Source: an uncultured bacterium (GTDB lineage Bacteria; Fidelibacterota; Marinisomatia; Marinisomatales; UBA1611). From it: DNA of 64,000 bases. Position 1 is the first letter of the stretch. Every line of letters starts with the position of its first letter. The translations under genes and the position numbers were made by a program. The notes below the pieces were generated by a model. It worked only from the letters and a program-made list of their open reading frames with translations, searched no databases and was not told where the DNA came from. Location of the stretch: assembly GCA_943788175.1 (NCBI GenBank), contig CALSPG010000005.1, forward strand, positions 70,211 to 134,210, in the 5' to 3' direction. Of the stretch, positions 1 to 8,016 are shown one piece after another.

Positions 1-378
1 GTCGCACACAATTATGATGGTGTAAAAGCTATGTTAAATACTATTAATGTTCTTTATCCAGACAAAAAAAAAGTAGGGTTATTTTGTATCAAAAGTGATA
101 AAAATATATTAGCAATATGTAAGTTGTTAAAAAATAATTTTAAAAAACTGATTGTTTGCAGCGACAAGAATGGGTATCTAGTAAAAGTTTCAAATTTGCT
201 GGGTATAATGAATGAAAACAATATTGAATGTCTATCAGTTGACTCTGTAGAAGAAGGGGTTAGTCTTTTAAATGAATATAATAATCCCAATTATCTAAAT
301 TTGATTTTTGGAAGTCATTACATCGCAAGTGAAGTTTATGGCTCAGTTGGAAAATACTTTGACAGAACATACAATTAG
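1..378 (+). CDS. folC: 3' end of a Mur-ligase-family gene, probably folylpolyglutamate synthase/dihydrofolate synthase (5' end lies outside the window)
   Basis: The frame is open from nt 1. VAHNYDGVKAML resembles the D-x-AHN-x-x-G motif that opens the Mur-ligase C-terminal domain. The tail LIFGSHYIASEVYG is FolC-like. Only about 125 codons are visible. Confidence 0.5.
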   Translation, partial: VAHNYDGVKAMLNTINVLYPDKKKVGLFCIKSDKNILAICKLLKNNFKKLIVCSDKNGYLVKVSNLLGIMNENNIECLSVDSVEEGVSLLNEYNNPNYLNLIFGSHYIASEVYGSVGKYFDRTYN

Positions 379-455
379 TGTAATTTATATTATCTACCAC
401 AATCCCCGGTAGAGTTTTAATATATTATTTTAATGAATTATTAGGGAAACTATTT

Positions 456-1706
456 ATGGATTTAAGCGAATTACAAGCTTTACGTATTAAGGAGCTAGCA
501 GAGCTAGCTAAAAAATTAAACATATCAGACAACATATCTGGTTTAAACAAGCAAGAGTTGACTGTTAAAATATTAGAAGCCCAAGCAGAAAAAGATGGCT
601 CTGTTTCTGCAAAAGGAGTTTTAGAAGTAATGCATGATGGCTATGGGTTTCTCAGGTCTCCAAATTTTAATTATATGCCTGGGCCAGACGATATTTATGT
701 TAGCCCTTCGCAGATTAAAAGGTTTCGATTAAAGACTGGTCACAATGTTTCTGGGCAAATCAGACCACCAAAAGCAAAAGAAAGATTTTATGCTTTACTT
801 AGGGTGGAACTAGTGAACGACCAACCAGTTGAAAAATTAAAAGATTGTATTTTATTTGAAAATTTTACACCTCTTTACCCAGAAAAAAGATTTACTCTTG
901 AAACAGATGAAAAAAATATTTCTATGAGAATTATGGATTTAGTCTCTCCTATTGGTATGGGCCAGAGAGCTCTCCTTGTTGCTCAGCCTAAAACAGGGAA
1001 AACTGTATTATTGCAAAAGATTGCAAACGCTATTAGTAAAAATCACCCAGACACAAAAAGAATAGTACTATTAATTGATGAAAGACCTGAAGAAGTAACA
1101 GATATGAAACGTAATGTTGATGCTGAGGTTGTAAGCTCTACGTTTGATGAGCCACCTGAAAGACATGTTTCTGTCTCTGATATGGTATTACAAAAAGCTA
1201 AGCGAATGGTAGAGTTTGGTGACGATGTTGTTATTTTACTTGATAGTATAACGAGGCTTGGAAGAGCGCATAATGCTGTCATTCCTCATAGCGGTAAAAT
1301 TTTATCAGGTGGAGTAGACTTTAATGCATTAAAAAAGCCTAAACAATTTTTAGGTGCCGCTAGAAACACCGAAGAAGGTGGTAGTCTAACAATCATCGCA
1401 ACTGCTTTGGTAGACACTGGTAGTCGTGCGGATGAAGTAATTTATGAGGAATTCAAAGGGACCGGTAATATGGAGCTCGCTCTCGATAGACACTTAAGTG
1501 ATAGAAGAATCTATCCTGCCTTCGACATTATAAAGTCTGGTACTAGAAAAGAAGAACTACTGCTTAGTAGAAAAGAATTAGGCAGAATGTGGATTCTTAG
1601 AAAATTAGTAAATGGAATGAAGGTTGATGAGGCTATCCAATTTCTAATCGACAGAATAAAAAGAACTAAGTCTAATAATGAGTTTTTAGATACGATGAGT
1701 CAGTAA
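456..1706 (+). CDS. rho: Transcription termination factor Rho
   Basis: 416 aa. It has the Rho N-terminal helix bundle ([15 protein letters not shown]), the cold-shock-like RNA-binding part ([27 protein letters not shown]), the P-loop [12 protein letters not shown] and the conserved C-terminus [20 protein letters not shown]. Confidence 0.95.
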   Translation: MDLSELQALRIKELAELAKKLNISDNISGLNKQELTVKILEAQAEKDGSVSAKGVLEVMHDGYGFLRSPNFNYMPGPDDIYVSPSQIKRFRLKTGHNVSGQIRPPKAKERFYALLRVELVNDQPVEKLKDCILFENFTPLYPEKRFTLETDEKNISMRIMDLVSPIGMGQRALLVAQPKTGKTVLLQKIANAISKNHPDTKRIVLLIDERPEEVTDMKRNVDAEVVSSTFDEPPERHVSVSDMVLQKAKRMVEFGDDVVILLDSITRLGRAHNAVIPHSGKILSGGVDFNALKKPKQFLGAARNTEEGGSLTIIATALVDTGSRADEVIYEEFKGTGNMELALDRHLSDRRIYPAFDIIKSGTRKEELLLSRKELGRMWILRKLVNGMKVDEAIQFLIDRIKRTKSNNEFLDTMSQ

Positions 1707-1737
1707 GGACTCTAAATATCTTATATTAATTTGATTT

Positions 1738-2700
1738 ATGGAAACAATTGTATCTGAGTCTATAACCGCTCGCCTAATTACTGATAAGCCAATCAGGAAG
1801 ACTCCTTATCAAGTTAAGGGCGTCTTTATGAAACAATTCCCTGACGAAAAAATTGTCCCTTTTCTTGATGGGCGATTGAGGAGTAAATATTTATACCCTC
1901 GAGTCCAGGTTAAAATAATTAACGAACAAATTTATATTTTAGGTATAAATGAAGGTGTCCAATCTGTTATATCGCTTTTACAAAACTTAAAATCCTTTAG
2001 TTTTGGAGACCTTTTGATAAATATTGATAACGCAGAGGTGGAAAAAAATAAAGATTCGGTTTTATTAACAGATAATTTTCTAAGGTATAAATTTATAACC
2101 CCATGGGTTGCCTTAAATGCGGGTGGGGATAGTAAATACAAGCGCTTAGAGGATAATGAAAAGCTTCTCTTTTTAAACAAGTTACTTGGTCAAAATTTAT
2201 TATTTTTATCAAAGGAACTAGGTTTAAACATTTCCACAAAAATTTTCACAAAAGTAGAAGTTGAAAGTCTTGAACCTGAGAAAGTAGATGAAAATGGTTG
2301 GAAATCATTTAAAGGAGAATTCAAGACAAACTTTATACTTCCTAGTTTCATTGGTTTTGGTAATGGAATAACTAGAGGATTTGGTTCGATTTTTAGTTTG
2401 AATAATATAAATAATTTAGAGTTTAAAGATTCAAAAGAAACATCTGAGGATTATGTCAAAGAAGAAATTGATGCTGCTGATGCTACAATATCATATGTGA
2501 CTGTAGATGATGCGCCAATTATGTCCAGACGAAAGAAAAAGAAAAAGTTTAAAACAAAGAAAAAAACTCCTTACGCTAAGAGTAATTCAAGAAAAACTAA
2601 GTACAAAGAAAAAAATAATTCTATTAAAAAAGAAACTGATAGTGATGATGAATCTAGATTTAACTCTGAAGAATATCACAAAAAGCAACATGATTTCTAA
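1738..2700 (+). CDS. Hypothetical protein with a Cas6/RAMP-like core (aa 1-220) and a Lys/Ser/Asp-rich disordered tail (aa 260-320)
   Basis: The glycine-rich loop GFGNGITRGFG (nt 2353-2385) fits G-h-G-x5-G-h-G, the same spacing as the P. furiosus Cas6 loop GFGEKNSLGFG. The N-terminus ITARLITDKPIRKTPYQVKGVFMKQF looks like Cas6 beta1-alpha1. The tail reads RRKKKKKFKTKKKTPYAKSNSRKTKYKEKNN. The family call rests on motifs only. Confidence 0.45.
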   Translation: METIVSESITARLITDKPIRKTPYQVKGVFMKQFPDEKIVPFLDGRLRSKYLYPRVQVKIINEQIYILGINEGVQSVISLLQNLKSFSFGDLLINIDNAEVEKNKDSVLLTDNFLRYKFITPWVALNAGGDSKYKRLEDNEKLLFLNKLLGQNLLFLSKELGLNISTKIFTKVEVESLEPEKVDENGWKSFKGEFKTNFILPSFIGFGNGITRGFGSIFSLNNINNLEFKDSKETSEDYVKEEIDAADATISYVTVDDAPIMSRRKKKKKFKTKKKTPYAKSNSRKTKYKEKNNSIKKETDSDDESRFNSEEYHKKQHDF

Positions 2701-2725
2701 GAAACTTGATAAAAAAATATAGCTT

Positions 2726-3919
2726 ATGAGTATAGCAGAGAGAGTAAATAAAATAAACCCTTCGTTTACTTTGCAAATGGCGACAAAGGCTGCAGAAATG
2801 AGGTCGAAGGGTCTCGACGTTATAAACTTTTCAGTTGGGGAGCCTGATTTTAATACTCCAAAACATATTCGTGATGCAGCGAAAAAAGCTTTAGATCAGG
2901 GTTACACAAAATATACTGCTGGGCCGGGAATGATTGAACTCAGAGAAGCAATTTGTGAAAAACTTAAGAGAGAAAATAAAATATCATATGACCCTTCTGA
3001 CATTCTCGTTTCAAATGGCGAGAAGCAAAGCTTGTATAATGCTTGTCAAGCTATCTTTAATCCTTCAGATAGTGTAATTGTATTTTCACCTTACTGGGTC
3101 TCTTTTCCTGAATTTGTAAAAATGGCAGATGCTGAACCAGTTTTAGTAAATACGCTTTCGGAAAGTAATTTTGAACCAGATTTTGAAGACCTTGAAGCGA
3201 AGATAGATCCTTCTATTAAGGGAGTTATCATTAATTCGCCATCAAATCCTACCGGAGGAGTATGGAGAAATGAGGCTATCGTTAAATTATTAAAATTGGC
3301 TAAAAAACATGGTTGGATTGTAATATCTGATGAGTGTTATGAAAGGTTGGTTTATGATGGTACTTTTACTAGTGCTGAAAAATTAAACCAAACTCATGAT
3401 ATTGGTGCTACGGTTCTAACGTGTATGAGTTTATCTAAAACATACGCAATGACTGGTTGGCGAATCGGTTATAGTGCTGGTCCTAAAGATATTATAAAAG
3501 CCATGTCAAAAATTCAAGGCCAAGCTACTTCTTGTGCTAATTCAATAGGGCAAAAAGCAAGTATAGAAGCATTAATTGGTAACCAAACTTGTGTTGAAGA
3601 TATGAAGAGCTTGTTTCTAAAAAGAAGAGATTTAATTGTAGAGCTTTTGAATGATTTGCCTGGAGTGAAGTGTGCAACTCCAAAAGGAGCATTCTATGTT
3701 TTTCCTGATTTTAGTTCTTATTTAAACCAAAAGGCCAATGGAAAATTATTAAAAGATACTTTTGATATTTCAGGGTATATTCTTGATTCTGTAAAGGTAG
3801 TTACAGTTCCAGGAGATGGTTTTGGTGCTCGGGGGCATATAAGGTTTTCATATGCAACAAACAGGAAAATAATTCAAGAGGGAATGACTCGTGTTAAAAA
3901 AGCCCTCGAAATGATTTAG
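2726..3919 (+). CDS. aspC: Class-I pyridoxal-phosphate aminotransferase (aspartate/aromatic aminotransferase-like)
   Basis: 397 aa. The PLP-lysine motif SLSKTYAMTGWRIGY and INSPSNPTG are present, and RFSYA lies near the C-terminus. Confidence 0.85.
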   Translation: MSIAERVNKINPSFTLQMATKAAEMRSKGLDVINFSVGEPDFNTPKHIRDAAKKALDQGYTKYTAGPGMIELREAICEKLKRENKISYDPSDILVSNGEKQSLYNACQAIFNPSDSVIVFSPYWVSFPEFVKMADAEPVLVNTLSESNFEPDFEDLEAKIDPSIKGVIINSPSNPTGGVWRNEAIVKLLKLAKKHGWIVISDECYERLVYDGTFTSAEKLNQTHDIGATVLTCMSLSKTYAMTGWRIGYSAGPKDIIKAMSKIQGQATSCANSIGQKASIEALIGNQTCVEDMKSLFLKRRDLIVELLNDLPGVKCATPKGAFYVFPDFSSYLNQKANGKLLKDTFDISGYILDSVKVVTVPGDGFGARGHIRFSYATNRKIIQEGMTRVKKALEMI

Positions 3920-3928
3920 GAGTAAAAA

Positions 3929-4177
3929 ATGAAAAAAAATATACATCCAGAAAATTACAGACTAGTAGTCTTTAAAGATACGTCATGTGATTATTCGTTT
4001 TTGACAAAATCTACGATTGAAACGAAAGACACAGTAGTATGGGATGATGGGAATGAATATCCGCTATACAATATTGAAATTTCTAGCAAGTCACATCCTT
4101 TCTTCACAGGTAAACAAAATTTAGTGGATACTGCAGGAAGAATCGAAAAATTCCAAAAGAAATATAGTAAAAAGTAG
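3929..4177 (+). CDS. rpmE: 50S ribosomal protein L31, type B (Cys-less, zinc-independent form)
   Basis: It starts [10 protein letters not shown]. The core reads [12 protein letters not shown] where zinc-binding L31 has C-x-x-C-HPFFTG, and the paired N-terminal Cys motif is absent. An AGGAG lies 7 nt upstream of the ATG. Confidence 0.9.
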   Translation: MKKNIHPENYRLVVFKDTSCDYSFLTKSTIETKDTVVWDDGNEYPLYNIEISSKSHPFFTGKQNLVDTAGRIEKFQKKYSKK

Positions 4178-4194
4178 AAAAGCTAATTATCAAA

Positions 4195-4233
4195 ATAGCC
4201 CTACTAGACCTTGTGTCGAGTAGGGCTATTTTT
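4195..4233 (+). terminator. Rho-independent terminator after rpmE
   Basis: ATAGCCCTACTAGAC-cttgt-GTCGAGTAGGGCTAT forms an inverted repeat with one mismatch, followed directly by TTTT. Confidence 0.75.
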
Positions 4234-4238
4234 ATATA

Positions 4239-5207
4239 ATGAAAAGATTACTTTTACTTTTAACAATGAAGCCAAACATTCTCGTTGGTGGGCAAGCGGT
4301 TATCGAAGGTGTCATGATGAGAGTTCCAGGAGCATATTCAACCGCCGTTAGAGACCCAAAGGGCAATTTAAGATTAAAAAGAGAAAATTTTGCTTCAATA
4401 ACCCAGAGTTCTACATTTTGGTCTAAGCCTATTATTAGAGGTATCGCTTCATTATATGAGGCTATGAAAATGGGGATGTCTACTTTGCACTGGTCAGCAG
4501 ATATTAGTTACCCTGAAGAAAGTAATAATGATAGTAATTTTTCTAAATTTTTAGATACTCTAACTACCTTTATTTCAATTTCCTTAGCAATTTTATTATT
4601 CATGGTTTTGCCAATGTGGTTAACAACTCAATTGTTGAACATAGAAAAAGATGCAATCCTTTTCAACCTTTCTTCTGGTGCATTTCGAATTTTATTTTTT
4701 ATAATTTATTTATTTTTAATATCAAGAATAAAAGATGTTTCAAGATTATTTCAGTATCACGGTGCTGAACATAAGGTTGTATATAACTTCGAATCAGGAA
4801 AAGATATCTCAATAAAAAATGCACAATCATTCTCAACACTACACCCCCGGTGTGGAACTAGTTTTATGTTTATTGTTTTGCTATCAGCTATTTTTGTTTT
4901 TGCTGCGGTTGATACAATAACTATTTATTTTTTTGGAAAAATTTCACTATCAATCAGATTACTATCGCATTTACCCTTAATTCCTCTTGTGTCTGGGGTT
5001 GGTTATGAATTAATAAAAATAACATCTAAAAGCGAAAGCATGATTTTTAGGATTTTAAAGAAGCCAGGTATTTTATTACAAAATATTACGACAAGAGAAC
5101 CTGATGATAAAATGGTCGAAGTTTCTATTGCTGCGATTAAAGATGCATTTGGCGATGAGTATGAAGAATATAGGGGTAAACAATTTACAGCAGAGGCTAT
5201 AGAGTGA
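4239..5207 (+). CDS. DUF1385 family membrane protein (YqhQ-like, commonly encoded next to prfA/prmC)
   Basis: It has the signature [12 protein letters not shown] near the N-terminus, HGAEHK and HPRCGTSF, and several hydrophobic segments. The start is ambiguous: the ATG at 4266 ([10 protein letters not shown]) is an alternative, because 4239 lies only 6 nt after the terminator. Confidence 0.8.
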   Translation: MKRLLLLLTMKPNILVGGQAVIEGVMMRVPGAYSTAVRDPKGNLRLKRENFASITQSSTFWSKPIIRGIASLYEAMKMGMSTLHWSADISYPEESNNDSNFSKFLDTLTTFISISLAILLFMVLPMWLTTQLLNIEKDAILFNLSSGAFRILFFIIYLFLISRIKDVSRLFQYHGAEHKVVYNFESGKDISIKNAQSFSTLHPRCGTSFMFIVLLSAIFVFAAVDTITIYFFGKISLSIRLLSHLPLIPLVSGVGYELIKITSKSESMIFRILKKPGILLQNITTREPDDKMVEVSIAAIKDAFGDEYEEYRGKQFTAEAIE

Positions 5208-6271
5208 GAGATAAATTAGAATCAATTATTGAAAAATATAATTTTATCCAAGGACAAATGACCAATCAAGAGATTTTATCAAATCCTGATAAATTAAAAG
5301 ATCTAGCAAAAGAATATAAACAGCTCGAGCCAGTAGTTTTAATAGGAATTGAGTATATCAAGATTTTAGATCAAATAATTGATTGTGAATCTTTAATTGA
5401 CTCAGATGACCCTGAGTTAAAAGAAATGGCAATCGAAGACCTAGCTTCAAACAAGAAAATGAAAGCAGATATTGAAGAAGATTTAAAAATCAAATTAATA
5501 CCTAAGGACCCTTTAGATAATAAAAATATAATTTTAGAAATTAGAGCAGGGACAGGCGGTGATGAAGCTGCTTTATTTGCAGCAGATTTATTTCGGATGT
5601 ATTCTCATTTTTCTGAAAAATATAATTGGGAAAAAGAGCTAATAGCATCAAATGAAATTGGAATTGGTGGTTTCAAGGAAGTAATTATTGGTTTAAAAGG
5701 GAAGGGGGCATACGGTATGTTAAAGTATGAAAGTGGCGTCCATCGCGTTCAGCGCGTTCCAGAGACTGAAACTGGAGGAAGAGTCCACACATCTGCTGCT
5801 ACTGTAGCAGTTTTACCTGAGGCTGAAGAGGTAGATGTTGAAATTAATGATATAGATTTAAAGATTGATACATATAGAGCTAGTGGTGCTGGAGGTCAGC
5901 ATGTGAATAAAACAGAATCTGCTATACGGATTACCCATATTCCTACTGGGCTTGTTGTTACTTGTCAGGATGAGTCATCACAACATAAAAATAGAGCTTC
6001 TGCCTTAAAAGTTTTAAGGTCGAGGTTATTGGCTGACCAAAAACAAAAAGTAGATGCTGAAAGAGCGGCTGAGAGAAAAAGTCTTGTTTCAACAGGAGAC
6101 AGGTCTGCAAAAATAAGAACATATAATTTTCCACAAGGTAGGATTACAGACCACCGTATAAACTTTACATCTTATAGATTATCAGAAGCTATGAATGGTG
6201 ATCTTGAAGAAATTATTGAAAAGCTTAAAGTCGCGGAGCAGCAAGATATTTTATCTTCTGAAATAAGTTAA
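5204..6271 (+). CDS. prfA: Peptide chain release factor 1
   Basis: It carries the GGQ motif ([23 protein letters not shown]) and an RF1-type P-x-T tripeptide ([15 protein letters not shown]). The GTG start overlaps the upstream stop (GTGA). Confidence 0.95.
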   Translation: MRDKLESIIEKYNFIQGQMTNQEILSNPDKLKDLAKEYKQLEPVVLIGIEYIKILDQIIDCESLIDSDDPELKEMAIEDLASNKKMKADIEEDLKIKLIPKDPLDNKNIILEIRAGTGGDEAALFAADLFRMYSHFSEKYNWEKELIASNEIGIGGFKEVIIGLKGKGAYGMLKYESGVHRVQRVPETETGGRVHTSAATVAVLPEAEEVDVEINDIDLKIDTYRASGAGGQHVNKTESAIRITHIPTGLVVTCQDESSQHKNRASALKVLRSRLLADQKQKVDAERAAERKSLVSTGDRSAKIRTYNFPQGRITDHRINFTSYRLSEAMNGDLEEIIEKLKVAEQQDILSSEIS

Positions 6272-6301
6272 GAATAGATTTGCATATTTGATTGTAAGAT
6301 A

Positions 6302-7177
6302 TTGAATTCTCCTCAAAAAGTAACTAATAAAACGTGGCGAATAATCGATGTAATTAACTGGGGTGTAAAATACTTTCAAGAAAAGTCCTTTGAAAATCCA
6401 AGATTAGAGATAGAAATATTTTTACAGCACATTTTGGGGTATAAGAAAATAGATTTATATATAAATTTCGAAGAGGGAATTTCCAAAAAAAATCTTAAAC
6501 AACTAAAGGAACTGGTAAAGAGGCGAGTTAAAAATGAGCCAATTCAATATATTACTGGTGTTTCAAATTTTTATGGTAGAAACTTTAATGTTAGTAAAAG
6601 TGTTTTAATCCCTCGTCCTGAAACAGAAATACTTATTAATGTATCTATAGATTATCTTTCATCAAAAAAAAACCCTTTAATAATTGATGTAGGTACTGGA
6701 TCTGGCTGTATTGGTATTACTTTAGCAAAAGAATTGCCTTCATCTAATGTAATCGCGATAGATTCTTCGCAACAAGCACTTAATATTGCAAAAAAAAATT
6801 CTGAATTAATTGGTGTTGAAAATATAAAATTTATAAAACTAGATTTTTTATCTAAAAACCTTAGTTATGTAGCAGATGCTATAGTTTCTAACCCGCCTTA
6901 TATTCCTCAAAAAGATGTTCAATTTCTAATGAAGGACGTAAGAGAATTCGAGCCCCATAAAGCTCTCACTGACAATGCTGATGGATTAGAGTTTTATAGG
7001 GTTTTTGCAATTAAGCTTGATGTTATTCTCGAAAAAAGTGGCGCGTTAATTATCGAAGTAGGGCGAGGGCATCATCCAGAGGAGGTAAAAAAAATATTTA
7101 AAGGGTTTGGATACAATAATATTGAAATGATAGATGATTATAATAAAGATGTAAGGGTTTTAAAAATAATTAAATAA
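6302..7177 (+). CDS. prmC: Release-factor glutamine N5-methyltransferase
   Basis: It has the SAM-binding DVGTGSGCIG and the catalytic NPPY (VSNPPYIP). It lies directly downstream of prfA. A TTG start is called. Confidence 0.9.
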   Translation: MNSPQKVTNKTWRIIDVINWGVKYFQEKSFENPRLEIEIFLQHILGYKKIDLYINFEEGISKKNLKQLKELVKRRVKNEPIQYITGVSNFYGRNFNVSKSVLIPRPETEILINVSIDYLSSKKNPLIIDVGTGSGCIGITLAKELPSSNVIAIDSSQQALNIAKKNSELIGVENIKFIKLDFLSKNLSYVADAIVSNPPYIPQKDVQFLMKDVREFEPHKALTDNADGLEFYRVFAIKLDVILEKSGALIIEVGRGHHPEEVKKIFKGFGYNNIEMIDDYNKDVRVLKIIK

Positions 7178-8016
7178 TGGGGAAAGTAGTTCCATATATA
7201 AAGATTGTTAGACCTTTGAATGTTATTTCAGGTGCCATAGCTATTGTGTTTTCAGCTCTCATTGTTGAATATCAAGGGCCAATTGAGTTAGTTCTATTGC
7301 CTGTGTTCGTTGTCGTTTTTTTTACAATAGGAGCAAACGTTCTGAACGATTATTATGATTTTGAAGTTGATAAAATTAATAGACCAGACAGAGCAATTAT
7401 AACTGGAGAAGTGCCAAGAGTACATGCTTTATATATTTCAATTTTTTCGTTCATTATTGGAATATTAATAGCACTTCAATTGAACCAATTATCTCAACTT
7501 ATTTCGATTGGTATCTCTTTCCCGTTGTTAGTTCTTTATAACGCGAAGCTTAAAAATTATCCACTCATTGGGAATCTCGTTGTCGCTTTTATTTTGGGTC
7601 TTTCTTTTATATACGCAGGGTCTGTATTTAATAACATTGAGCCTCTGATGGTCCCTGCCTTATTAGCCTTTGGACTAACTCTTATTAGAGAAATTGTAAA
7701 AGACATTGCAGATATAGAGGGTGATCAAGCTATTAACTCTAAAACTCTTCCTATTGTTCTGGGTAAGATCAAATCAATAAAACTATGCGCTTTTCTTTCA
7801 CTAATCTTAGGCATTTGTGCTTTTATGTTGTTTGTAATTGGATATTATAATTTTTATTATGGTTTATTCCTTATCATGACTGTTGAGATTCCATTAGCAG
7901 TGGTTGTAATTTCTTTAATAAATAAACCGACTATAGAGACAGCTAAAAGAGGGGCAAAATTATTAAAAATTTGTACCCTTGGAGGTTTATTTTCCATTTA
8001 CATAGGGACAATATAA
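7177..8016 (+). CDS. UbiA-family aromatic/isoprenoid prenyltransferase, DGGGP-synthase-like
   Basis: It is polytopic and hydrophobic. The first Asp-rich motif is NDYYDFEVDKINRPDR and the second is KDIADIEGDQAINSKTLP. Its stop overlaps the dnaE start (TAATG). Confidence 0.8.
   Translation: MGKVVPYIKIVRPLNVISGAIAIVFSALIVEYQGPIELVLLPVFVVVFFTIGANVLNDYYDFEVDKINRPDRAIITGEVPRVHALYISIFSFIIGILIALQLNQLSQLISIGISFPLLVLYNAKLKNYPLIGNLVVAFILGLSFIYAGSVFNNIEPLMVPALLAFGLTLIREIVKDIADIEGDQAINSKTLPIVLGKIKSIKLCAFLSLILGICAFMLFVIGYYNFYYGLFLIMTVEIPLAVVVISLINKPTIETAKRGAKLLKICTLGGLFSIYIGTI

Noticed and set aside
2507-2722. A 71-aa ORF overlapping the Lys-rich 3' end of the Cas6-like gene. I also asked whether the A/G-rich DNA at 2524-2640 is a tandem repeat.
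   Set aside because: The ORF is an alternative-frame reading of poly-purine codons. The DNA has no fixed repeat unit or spacer periodicity, so it is just AAA/AAG codon low complexity.
7557-7565. A DnaA-box-like TTATCCACT, an 8/9 match to TTATCCACA.
   Set aside because: It is a single intragenic copy inside the UbiA gene. There is no cluster of boxes, no AT-rich unwinding element and no dnaA/dnaN context.
7971-8015. The ORF-track start of dnaE lies 45 nt upstream, inside the UbiA gene.
   Set aside because: The added residues (MYPWRFIFHLHRDNI) are not DnaE-like. The conserved PHP domain begins immediately after the ATG at 8016, which forms a TAATG junction with the upstream stop.
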